Source of the DNA: the human T2T-CHM13v2.0 reference genome, Homo sapiens
Strand: one strand, 5' to 3'
Assembly: GCF_009914755.1 (NCBI RefSeq)
Contig: NC_060933.1
DNA: 64,000 nucleotides
Within the stretch, counting starts at the first letter, position 1. The number at the start of each line of letters is the position of its first letter. Position numbers and translations under genes: made by a program. Positions 17,361-29,000 of this stretch are shown in pieces. The notes beneath the pieces are model-generated. The model was not told the origin of the DNA, did no database searches, and worked only from the letters and a program-made list of their open reading frames with translations.

Positions 17361-18172
17361 TTTTCTTTTCTTTTTTTTATTATACTTTAAGTTTTAGGGT
17401 ACATGTGCACATTGTGCAGGTTAGTTACATATGTATACATGTGCCGTGCTGGTGCGCTGCACCCACTAACTCGTCATCTAGCATTAGGTATATCTCCCAA
17501 TGCTATCCCTCCCCCCTCCCCCCACCCCACAACAGTCCCCAGAGTGTGATATTCCCCTTCCTGTGTCCATGTGATCTCATTGTTCAATTCCCACCTATGA
17601 GTGAGAATATGTGGTGTTTGGTTTTTTGTTCTTGCGATAGTTTACTGAGAATGAAGACACTTCTCAAAAGAAGACATTTATGCAGCCAAAAAACACATGA
17701 AAAAATGCTCATCATCACTGGCCATCAGAGAAATGCAAATCAAAACCACAATGAGATACCATCTCACACCAGTTAGAATGGCAATCATTAAAAAGTCAGG
17801 AAACAACAGGTGCTGGAGAGGATGTGGAGAAATAGGAACACTTTTACACTGTTGGTGGGACTGTAAACTAGTTCAACCATTGTGGAAGTCAGTGTGGCGA
17901 TTCCTCAGGGATGTAGAACTGGAAATACCATTTGACCCAGCCATCCCATTACTGGGTATATACCCAAATGACTATAAATCATGCTGCTATAAAGACACAT
18001 GCACACGTATGTTTATTGCGACATTATTCACAATAGCAAAGACTTGGAACCAACCCAAATGTCCAACAATGATAGACTGGTTTAAGAAAATGTGGCACAT
18101 ATACACCATGGAATACTATGCAGCCATAAAAAATGATGAGTTCATGTCCTTTGTAGGGACATGGATGAAATT
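17361..18172 (-). mobile_element. L1PA2-like insertion with 5' inversion (twin priming)
   Basis: antisense 3' end 17361-17654 joined to sense ORF2 piece 17655-18172; GAG (not ACA/ACG) at the Ta diagnostic site; TSD ttagcctc(ctt)aagtttt. Confidence 0.92.
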
Positions 18173-18578
18173 AGCCTCCTTAAGTTTTAAGTGGATCTTG
18201 CAAATGAACACTAGTATTATTGAGTTTGATGTACTCAAATTGCCCAAATGTCAGCTGTTTAAACAGCCAAACAACCAAGTCATCATTGATACTTTAGTAA
18301 ATGTCATCGAAGGCTTCTTTGCATTTTACAGCTTTTACTACTTAGGGGAGTTAAGGAGTACCTGCCAGGCTTGTCCATGCTAATGTGACAATTTTCTTTT
18401 TGTAGTTGAACCGTATTTTGTGGGGAGATACTTTGAGGCTCTGTAAATATCCAGTTACTCCTCAGAACCCACTAGATTTAGCATTTCATGGATGACTTGT
18501 GTTTGAACAATTATTACTATGATGGTTGCCAGATGATTATTTTCTTCTCTTCTTTGCTGTACATGGAGAAGTAAAACC

Positions 18579-18584
18579 AATAAA
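18579..18584 (+). terminator. Candidate polyadenylation signal for the ANKRD gene
   Basis: AATAAA at the end of the AT-rich UTR-like region, before the shift to GC-rich sequence. Confidence 0.4.
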
Positions 18585-19334
18585 TAACTGAGAAGGGAAA
18601 GCTCATGATTCTCGTGCTCCAATTCCCCAAGATTAGGCCAGTGGTAGACATTTCAAGCTGACTTCTTGTCTTTTTTATTTGTCTTCGTTACTCTGTCAGC
18701 ACTTTTTTAGTTTCTGGAACAAGATGTTCTAAGCTAATGTTGTATTTTCTCTGCTCCAGCCATGGAATGAGTGATTTTTCTTAGAAGCAGAGGTGGAGCC
18801 ACTGAGGAAGCACAGGCAAGCCCTCCCCAGCATGTGATCACTGGTCCCCAACAGAACAACCGCTGCCGCATCCATGAGATACCAAGAAATTAGCAAAGGG
18901 CCTTCTGGCTGTCTGGGCACAATCCTCATGTGGTCCCTGGCTCAGCCTCAAGGGTTCTGCATTAGTCTCTGTGCTGTGTCTGTAGATCGGGACTCTGTGG
19001 GTAGGGCCCTGGGATGCCCAACAGCACAAGATGTCTCATCTGCCAAATGTCCCTGCCTTCCTCCCACTCTGACACTCAGGAATAGGCTACATGGCATGTC
19101 CAGGCAGTGCCAGGCCACCTCACTATCTCCTTTGAGATTGGCCCAGAGGGCTTTTGGGGTGAGTGTGAAGCTGGGCACCTGGAGCCTGAGGCCAGCTGTC
19201 TCTCCCTCTGTCTTGGAGGAAAAGCCATGTCCCAAAAAAAACCCTAGAGCCTGACCTCTGGGCACACATACAGGGAGGGAGGGTCTGTGGGCTGAGGGGG
19301 GCATTGTAATGAGACTTTGAGCATGCTGCTCACG

Positions 19335-19935
19335 GGCCTGGTCAATGGACCATGCTCAGAGATGACCTGGTCATCAGGACCTAGTCAGTTGGGACCTGGT
19401 TAGTGGTGGCCTCCTCAGTAAAGGCCTCATCAGTGGGGACCTGGTGACCTAGTCATTGGAAGCCCAGTTCATGGGGACCTAGTCAGTGATGGTCTTCTTA
19501 GTGAGGCCTGATGGGCTGGAACATAAACAATGAAAAACTGGTTGGTGGGGCCTATACAGTATACTAGGGGCCTGGTCAGTGTGGGGCCTTAGTGGCTTGG
19601 AGCCTCGTTAGTGAGGGCCTGGTCAGAGGGGGCTCAGTCAGCTGGGGACTGATCCATGGAAAATTGTTCAGTGGGGGTCAGGTGAGCAGCGACCTGGTCA
19701 ATTGTGGTCTTGTCAGTGGGAACCTGGTCAGTGGGGACCAGGTCAGTGGGAAATTGGTCAGTGAGGTCTGGCCTGTGAGGTCTGGCCTATGAGGCCTATT
19801 AAGTGTGAGCCTGGTTAGGAAGACATGGTCAGTGGGGACTTGGTCAGTGGGAACTGGTAAATGGAGGAGTGGTCATTAGAGGCCTCATCAGTGGGAAACT
19901 GGTCCTGGGTGGCTGGTCAGTAGGAACCTGGCCAG
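19335..19935. repeat. Degenerate 15-bp minisatellite (GGCCTGGTCAGTGGG), block 1
   Basis: period-15 units, e.g. gtcagtgggaacctg gtcagtggggaccag gtcagtgggaaattg at 19712-19756. Confidence 0.88.
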
Positions 19936-20301
19936 CTGGCCACTGTGTGACCTCAGGCAGGGGGTTTGTCTGGAGTCTCCTTGCCTCCATCTGCAGGGAA
20001 GGTGAGTCAGGGCACCTTGGAGGGTGGCTGGAAAGAGAAGGTGAGAAGATGTGTTGAATCCAGCACCACTTGGCAGACCTACAACTTTACACATGACTTG
20101 TGTTCCACCTAGAGGGGGTGCCAGCCCTCTCTGCTGTGCCTGGTGCCCCTCCTCTCTCTGCATCCCCAGGACCACCATGGGTGGGGAAGGCAGAGATTGG
20201 GGAGCACCTGTAGAAGCTCTAATGCTGGCCATGAGCCCTCAGTGATGACCTGGGTGCACCTGTGAGTGGAGAAGCTAGGCCTGGCCAGAGAAGCAAGAGA
20301 A

Positions 20302-20372
20302 ACACACACACACATATGTGCACACACACACACAGGCACACACACATGCACAAACACACTGCATCCACACAT
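20302..20372. repeat. Imperfect (CA)n microsatellite
   Basis: visible CA run with interruptions. Confidence 0.85.
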
Positions 20373-20479
20373 GTCAGTTCAGGGGATAGAGGACACTGAC
20401 TCTGGGCCCTGTTGACCCATGCAGGCTCCCATTGTGGTGGGTTGTGTCACCCCACAATGTCACTGTTGCTGAGCCCCCA

Positions 20480-20720
20480 TCGCCTCTGTGTTGTGGAGCA
20501 GTTAGAGACACACTGTGGTGTCTGAGTGTCTCTGCATGAAGGACCGTTTTCTAGGTGAGAGGCACATCTCAACACAGCTGACTGATCAGACTCAGATGAG
20601 TGGGACCTGCTCTCTTCTCTTCCTCCTAGCTTGGGGACAGTCGCTATCAGGTGGGTGGTTTTGGCCTCTGGGCAGCTACTGAGGGTAATCCCTGAACACT
20701 CACCGGATGCCTATTCTGTG
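20480..20720 (+). pseudogene. TBC1D3-family 5' non-coding exon and intron start (degenerate)
   Basis: tgagaggcac...cagctgactgatcagactcag|ATgagtgggacctgctctctt...ttggcctctgggcagctac resembles remembered TBC1D3 exon 1/intron 1; donor GT>AT; region may overlap FAM95-type lncRNA annotations. Confidence 0.55.
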
Positions 20721-21318
20721 CTGACAGTCATCTCGTTCATCCTCGCAGCAATTCCATTCTGCATCTTTTCTAGTCACCCCCGTGATTACCCAGGACAACC
20801 CCATCAGGCCCTCTCACCCAGGCCCAGTCCAGCTCCATGATAACCAAGACGCAGGTCCAGAGACAACCGCCCTGCATGGTGCCTGCATCTGACCCCCTTG
20901 GTGGGTAGTGACCAGCACAACATGGAAGAAGTCAGGGCAGCATGCAGCCAGCTGCCCTGCAGCCCCAGATGGCTCCTAGGCCTTGGGAAGTCATTCTCAA
21001 AGGGGAAGCTGGTCATTTTGAGGTCCCTGGAGGGAAGGGTGAATGTGTCATCCCAACAGCCCTGGAAGCCAGCAGCATGCCATACATCTTACCCAACCTG
21101 TGTGACAGAGGCCCCCTCCTGGGGCACAAGTCCCATACCTAAAGGGTCCTGTCCCAGTTGAACCTCATCCTGAGCCCTGGGAGGGGAGGAGCACCATGGG
21201 CCTCCCTGCAGCAGCCAGGGTTACCACCCAGGGGACTCAGCCTTCTGTGGCCCTGGCCAGACTTAGAATTTGGCCCAAGACAAGACAAGCTCACTCGGAG
21301 CAGCTTGTCAGTACCCGG

Positions 21319-21649
21319 GGCCTGTGCATGCCAAGTAAGTCCAAGCTGGCTCAGAGCAACCAGCCACCTCTGCAAGGGTTTGCCAGGAGCAGGTGGACCA
21401 GCCACCAACCTCACCGACTCAAGGAAACAGGGATGGCCAGGTTCCCACACCCCGAGTGACCACCACCTGACAGCTGATGGAGTGGAGGCCTGAGGAAAAG
21501 CAGATGGCACTGGGGCCCTACCTCCAGGGCTGAGTAACTGATTTACTGCAAGTGAGGTTGGTGGCTGGTCCACCTGCTCCTGGCACACCCTTGCAGAGGT
21601 GGCTGGTTGCTCTTTGAGCCAACTTGGCCTTGCCTGGCATGCACAAGCC
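21319..21649. repeat. Inverted repeat, ~97-bp arms, ~137-bp spacer
   Basis: 21319-21414 is the reverse complement of 21552-21649 with few mismatches. Confidence 0.9.
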
Positions 21650-21805
21650 TCAGTTCAACAACTGTGCTGCAAATGGAGCCACATAGAGGAAATGAGCAGC
21701 AGGCTCAGGAGCAGGGTTTGCACTGCCTTTGGGGCTCCAATCCATGCATCGGGGCTCCAATCCATGCATCAGGGCTCCTACAGCACTGTGGGCTTCTTGG
21801 GTGCC

Positions 21806-23002
21806 AAGAGGCAGACCACAGGCCCTCTTGAGGAGGATTCTATGTTCAAGTGCAGAAAGGGCCCAGTCTGGTAGATGAACCACACGGCCAGCTTCTGGGT
21901 GCAGGCACAGTGCCACATCTTCCATCACTTCCTGATGTGCCACACCAGCACTGAAGAGACAGCCTGGAGACAGGGCAAGAGGAAGGCTGAGAAGGATGAG
22001 ATGGTGAGTGCCAGATTCTCCCTGGCTCTGAGCCCACCTCCAGGGTGACACTCAAACTTTAGGAGTGGGAGAGCAAGATTGACAGCTTCAAATGCTTCAC
22101 CAAGAAGATGGACAACAGGGCACTCAGCTCAACTTCACAGCCAATGAGTTGACATGCAAGCAGGTGATGGTGACAGGCTTTAAGAAAGAGCATCAGAAGG
22201 CTGCCAGTTCTTCAGCCTCAGCCAGGCCTTGGAGCTGGACCAGCCCATCCACTTCACCACAGATGCCTTCAACACTGTCAGTGAGCTCTTTGCCAATCAT
22301 CCCAGGCAGAACCTGGACCCAGTCATGGACCTGTTAGTACTGTCTCAGGGACACCAGACCAACATCCTGAACATCATCCACATACACAAGCAAGTTCTTA
22401 CCAAAGTCGCGGAGGGCAGGCAACATGTGGCAGAAGGGAAGATAGAGATGCAGAGGCTGATGACATCAGAATCACAGGAACAGGAATTCTTTCACCACTT
22501 CAGTGGAAATTCACCACTTCCATCCAATTTGAATGAGAGACATGAAATCACAGATGCAGCATTTCTTGCAAAAAGAGATACTATTTTTTCAAAAATCATC
22601 CAGGAATTGATAGTGTTGAATTACTAGATATTTGATTGTGGACTGTTTACAGTTCAAGGATACTTTCTACACAGAATAATAACACTAGCAAGGAGCTAGT
22701 GCCAGCTATCCGTGGTAGCACAAGGATGGTTTTGTGCTCAACTGAAATCCAGCTGAATACAGAATTGGGTAGGAAACAGTTAATATGTTGACAGAATAGA
22801 AACAGTAGCAAACACGAACTAAATCATGCCATGAATGCCTAAACTACCAATGTAACTTTTGGAAGAATGATAATACCACTTTACTGCTTTTTGAAGTATG
22901 AATATTTTAGTGTATATGCCGTAGACCACAAACCCTATAAAGAGTCCCAAATAAGTTGGCTGGATAAAGCCTGCTGTGCATGTCTTTATACTCAAAGACT
23001 GA
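21806..23002 (+). pseudogene. SNX18P: SNX18 processed pseudogene (PX end, BAR domain, part of 3'UTR), 5'-truncated
   Basis: KRQTTGPLEEDSMFKCRKGPVW*MNH...[15 protein letters not shown]...LDPVMDLL; stops and frameshifts; no intron at the exon1/2 junction (HKQ|VLTK). Confidence 0.92.
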
Positions 23003-26000
23003 TGATGCAATTCGAATATGTGTCCCCACCAAATCTCATATTTAATTATATTTCCTAATGTGGAAGGTGGATCCTGGTATAAGGCAATTGATTTATGAAG
23101 GCAAATTTCTCATGAATGGTTCAGCACCATCCCCTTGTACCAGCCTCACAATCATGAGTGACTTCTCGTGAGATCTGGCTACTGAAAACTCTATGTCACC
23201 TCCCTACTCTGCGTGTTTTCCTCTTGCCATGTGAGACAACTCACTCTTTCTTTGCCTTGTGCAAAGATTGAAAGATTTCTGAGGCCTCCCAGAATCAGAA
23301 GCCCTGTGCTTCCTGTCCACCCTGCAGAACCATGAGCCAATTAAACCTCTTTTTCAAAATGAATCAAACAGAAAATGGCAAATGACGATTGCAGTATTGC
23401 TATAAAGATACCTGAAAATGTGGAGGCAGCTTTGGAACTAGGTAATGGGCAGAGGTTGGAAGAGTTTGGAGGGCTGAAAAGAAGACAATGAGAAAATTTT
23501 TGGACTATCTTAGAGACTGGTTAAATGGTTGTGATAAAAATCCTGGCACAAACATGGATAGTGAAGGCCAGGCTGAGGAGGTCTCAGATAGAAATAAGAA
23601 GCTTTCTGGAAAAGGTCTTCCTTTTGAATATGGAAAGCTTACACAATGCCTGTACCATCATTATACGTTAGAAGCTGTGAACTTGCTTTTTATTTCAGAG
23701 GCTCATAGGAAAAAGAGACTGTAGCCTTGACTCAGATGAGATTTTGGACTTTCTAAGTTTGAGTTAATGCTGAAATGAGTTAAGACTCATTCTGGCAAGG
23801 CATGATTGTATTTTGCAATGTGAGAAGGACATGATATTCATGGGATCAGGGACAGAATAATATGGTTTGTCTCTGTGTCCGTATCAAAACCCATGTGGAA
23901 TTATACTCCCTAATGTTAGAGGTGGGGCCTAGGTGGAAAAAGATTTAGTTATAAAAGGGTGCGGGTAGGTTCTCCATGAATGATAAAGGACCATCACCTT
24001 GATGCTGTCCTCCTGATAGCGAGTGAGTTCTCATGAGATCTGGTTGTTTAAAAGGCTGTGGAACCTCTTTCCTCACTCTGTCTTCCTCCTACTCCTGCCT
24101 TAAGAGATATCTCATTGTCTTGGCTTTTGGTATAATTAGGAGGCTTCTTGATTCCTCCCAGAAATGGAAGACACTATGCTTCCTTCACAGCTTGCAAAAC
24201 CATGATTCAATTAAACCTCTTTCATTTACAATAATAGAGAAAATTAGAACTGCAGAGAGAGCTGTGAAATGTCTTCAAGGCCTTTTTCCCTTTGTCTTGA
24301 CTATTAGCACAGGGCTTCTTTATATGCAAATTTCTGAAGTCTTCTTGAATTTTTCCCCTTAAATGGGGTTTGTGTTATTGCTACATAGCCAACCTGCTAT
24401 AGAGATACCTGAAAAAGTAGAAGCAGGCTCAGTAGTGGGTAGCAAACAAAGATTGGGAGGGTTTGGAGGGATTAGAGCATGACAGAAAGATGAGGGAGAG
24501 GGAGGAAGTGATTTAATCATGGATAAGCAGGGGTGGGTGTGGATGGAAAAAGGGGTGGGTAGGGTGGGAATGAGTAGGCTGGCTGTAGGGTGGTGGGAGG
24601 GTCGTGGGTAATAGGAAGGGGGAGTAGCATGCTGCAGAGGCAGAGCCTCATGTAAAACCATTACTAGGGCAGTGCACCTGTGGCTTTGCAGGTTTGAGCA
24701 CCCATGGCTGCTCTCATGGACTGGACTAGTGTTCAGTGCCTGTAGCTCATCCACACTGAGGGTGCAAGCTGTTGGTGGGTCTCAGAATCTGGGGTCTGGA
24801 GGGTGGTAGCCCTGTGTGGGGGCTCCAAGTCCGTATTTTCCTTCTGCACTGCCCTAGTAGAGGTTTCCCAAGAACTCTGCATCTGCAGCAGGCTGCTGCC
24901 TGGAAACAGTGGGAGGTGGGGGTGAGAGGCAGATCCTTCACCAATGGTTAAGCACCATCTTCTTGATGCTGACCTAGTAACAGTGAGTTCTTATGAGATC
25001 TGGTTATATAACAAGGTGTGGCACCTCTTTCCTCTCTCAGTCTTGCTTCTGCTCCTGCCATATGAAACATCTCCTTGCCCCTTGGCCTTCTGGTATGGTT
25101 GTGAGGCTCCCTGAGATGTCCCAGAAGCAGAAGCCGCTCTGCCTCCTTTACATCCTGCTGAACCATGAGCCAATTAAACCTCTTTTCTTTATGATCATAC
25201 AGAAAATTAGTGCTATGAAGTGGAGCTATGAAGTGCCTTCAAGGCCCTTTCCCCTTTTCTTGGAAACCAGCACTCAGCTTCTTTTCATGCAACTATCTGG
25301 AGCCTTCATGAATTTTCCCCCTGAAAGTGGACTTTTCCTCTTTTACCACACTGCCAGGTTGTGATAAAGATAGCTGACAATGTAGAACCAGGTTCAGAAG
25401 TGGGTAAAAGACAGAGGTCAGGAGAGTTGGGAAAGCTTGGAAGACAGCAAGATGAGGAAAATTTGACCATTGTAGAGAATTGTTAAATACTTGCGATCAG
25501 AAGGCTGACAGAAGGATAAACACTGAAGTTCAGACTTAAAAGGTCTCAGATGAAAATTAGGAATTTCCTGTGAACAGGAGCCATGGTTACATTTGATTGG
25601 CCTTAGCAAAGAACGTGGCTGCACGGTGACCCTGCCCTGGACATCTATGAAACTATGAATTTGGGGGTGATGATTTAGGATGTATCTGGTGGAATGAACA
25701 TCTAGGCAGCCTAGCGAGGTGTCCTGTCTGCATTGAATAGCCTGTGTTCTTATGTGTGACCTAAGAAATGACTTCAAGTTGGAACTTCTATTGAAATGAG
25801 AAGTGGAGACCTAAAGTTTGGAAAATCTGCAGCCTGGCCCAGTGGTCAAAAAGAAAAGCTGATTCTCCGGGGGAAAATTGAAGAAGGCTTAGAGTATCTG
25901 CATAAAAAGAAGCCCAGTGCAAATAGCCAAGACAATGGGAAAGAGGCCTCGAAGGCATTTCACAGTCCTCTGCAGCAGCCCTTGCTGTCACAGGCCCTAG

Positions 26001-29000
26001 GGCCTGGCAGAGAAGAATGGTTTCCTGGGGAAGCTTCATGGCCCCATTGCTGTGTGCACCCTCAGGCCACTGCTGGCTGCATCCCTGCGGTTCCAGCTCC
26101 AGCCATGGCTCAAAGATGCACAGGTACAGCTTGGGTTACTGCTTCAGAGGTGGCTCCAAGCCTTGATTGTTTCCATATAGTGTTAAGCCAGCAGATATAC
26201 AGAGTAAGAGACTAGAGGCTTGGGAGCCTCTGTCTAGACTCCAGAAGATGCACAGAAATGCCTGGATGTCCAGGAAAGCAGCTTTTTCAAGAGGCAGGGC
26301 CTCCTGGGAAACCTCTATAAGGGGAGCAAAGAAGGGACATATAGGGTTGAAGCCCCCATACAGGGAGGCATCATTCTCCAAACCCCAGATTCATAGACCC
26401 ACAAACAGCTTGCACCCTCAGTATGGAAAAGCTACAGGCACTCAACACCAGCCCTGTCCATGATGGCAGCTACAGGGGCTGAACACTGCAAAGCCACAGG
26501 TGCAGATCTGCCCAAGGCCTAGGAAGCCCAGCCCTCACACCCCTGTGCCATGGATGTGGGACAGGGATTCAAAAAGGATGATTCTGGAGCTGTAGGATTG
26601 AGTGATTGGCCTGCTGGGTTTTGGACATTTATGTATCCTATGAATCCCATCTGTGTTTTGTGCTTCTTTCCAGCAATTTTTTTTCTATTGGTTGAGAATG
26701 CTTACCCATTGCCTGTACAATCATTGTAGCTTGGAAGTAGTTAAGTTGCTTTATAATTCACAGACTCATGGCAGAAGGGACTGTAGATTTATCTCAGATA
26801 AGACTTTGGGCTTTGGATATTTGAGTAAATGCTGTAATGAGTTAAGATTTGGGGGACTGCAGGGAAGGCATCATTGTATTTTGCAATGTGAGAAAGACAT
26901 GAGATTTGGGGGACCCGGGACAGAGTAATATGATTTGGCTCTGTACCTCTCCCAAAACTCATGTGGAATTTTAATGGGGAAAGTTAGAGGTGGGGGCTGG
27001 TGGAAGGTGATTTAATCATGGTGGAGAGTGGAGGTTGGATGGGAGGGATGGGGAGAGTTGGAGGGTATTGTGGAGGTGGGGAGAGTTGGGGGGGATTGTG
27101 TTTGGGTTTATGGGTAAAAGGCAGGTGTGGGGGTGGATCCTTCACAAATGGGTAAACACCATTTCCTTAATGCTGCCCTTCTGAGAGTGAGTTCTATTCA
27201 TGATTTTGGAGCTGTGAGATTGAATGAACAGTGTCCTGCTGGGTTTTGGATGTGCATTGGGCCTGCGGTCCCACTTGTGTTATTTTTCTTGGAAATTTCT
27301 TCCCTTTGGATTGAGAAAACTTGCCCAATACCTGTACCATCATTGTACCTTGAAAGAAATGAATGCCCTTTTAACTTCAGGGCCTCATAGGCAGAAGAGA
27401 CTGTAGCCTGGTCTCAGATGAGACTTTTAACTTTTCACATTTGAGTTAGTGTGGGAATGAGTTAAGGCTTTTGGAAACTTTTGAAAAGATGTGATTGTAT
27501 TTTACTGTGTGAGAAGGACATGGGATTTGGGGGGGTCAAGGTCAGCATAATATGATTTGGCTGTGTGCCTCTAGAAAAACTCACATGGAATTTTAATCCC
27601 AAATGTTGGAGGTGGGGTCTGGTGGGAGATTATTTAATCATGGATGGGAGGTGTGGGGGTGGAAGAAAAAAGGGGTGGGTAGGGTGGGGAACAGTATGCT
27701 GGCTGTAGGGTGGTCGGAGGGTGGTGGGTAGTAGGAAGGGGGAGTAGCCTGCTGCAGAGGTAGAGGCTCATGGAAAACCTCTACCAGGGCAGTGCACCTG
27801 TGGCTTTGCAGGCTTTAGCCCCCATGGCTGCCCTTATGGGCTGGGCTGGTATTGAGTGTCTATCGCTTTTCCAAACTGAGGGTGTGAACTGTTGGTAGGT
27901 CTATGAATCTGGGGTCTAGAGGATGGTGGCCTCCTGCAGAGTGACTCAAAGCCCTTGTTTTCCTTCTGCACTGCCACAGAACAGGATTTCCAAGAGGCTC
28001 TGCCTCTGCAGCAGGCTTCTGTCTGGAAACAGTAGGGGGTGGAGGTGTGTTGGTGGGGTGGATCCTTCACCAGTGGTTAAGCACCATCTTCTTGATGCTG
28101 ACTTAGTGATAGTGAGTTATCATGAGATCTGGTTGTATAACAGGCGGTGGCACCTCTTTCCTCTGTGAGTCTTGCTCCTACTCCTGCCGTATGAAACATT
28201 TCATTGCTGCTTTCCTTCTGGTATGATTGGGAGGCTTCCTGAGTCTTCCCAGAAGCAGAGGCCACCATGCTTTCTTTATAGCCTGAAGACCCATGAGCCA
28301 ATGAATCCCCTTTTCATTATGACCACACAGAAAATAAGTACTGCAAAGTGGAGCTATGAAATATCTTCAAGGACTTTTCCTCATTGTCTTGGCTGTTAGC
28401 ACTGGGCTTCTTTTTAATGCAAATATCTGAAGCCTTCTTGAAGTTTCCCCTGGTGGAGAGTGGAGGTTGGATGTGTGGGAAGGGGAGGGTTGGAGGGTAT
28501 TGGGAGGGTGGGGAGACTTGGGGGGGATTGTGTTTGGGGTTACAGGTGAGAGACAGGAGTGCCAGGCTGCAACAAAGATACCTGAAAATGTAAAGTGGTT
28601 CAGAGGTGGGTAACACCAGAGGTTGGAGAGTTTGGAGAGCTTGAAAAAAGACAGGAAGATGAGGGAAAGTTTGGACCATTGTAGAGACTTGTTAAATAAT
28701 TGTGATTAAAACGCTGACAGAAGGAAGGACAGGGAAGGCCAGGGAAGGCCAGGCTTACAAGGTCTCAGATGAAAATGAGGAACTTACTGGGAACAGGAGC
28801 CACGGTTACTTTTGTTTTGCTGTAGCAAAGAATGTGGCTGCAGGGCGACCTTGCCCTTGAGATCTGTGAAACTTTGAACTTGAGGGTGATGAGTTAGTGC
28901 ATATCTGGTGAAATGAACTTCTAGGCACCATAGCACAAGAGGGATCCTGTCTGCATCAAACAGTCTGTGCTGTTATGTGTGACCAAGGAAATGACCTCAA

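Noticed and set aside
17697-18383. 228-aa ORF, the longest in the window
   Set aside because: L1 ORF2 C-terminus from the inverted insertion running into flank.
19335-19935. LVSGD-type pentapeptide ORFs (also 45009-45870) or a CRISPR-like array
   Set aside because: A 15-bp period gives 5-residue repeats automatically; frames break often, there are no unique spacers or cas genes, and the DNA is primate.
22092-22627. Functional SNX18 retrogene
   Set aside because: 5'-truncated with an in-frame stop, deletions and frameshifts.
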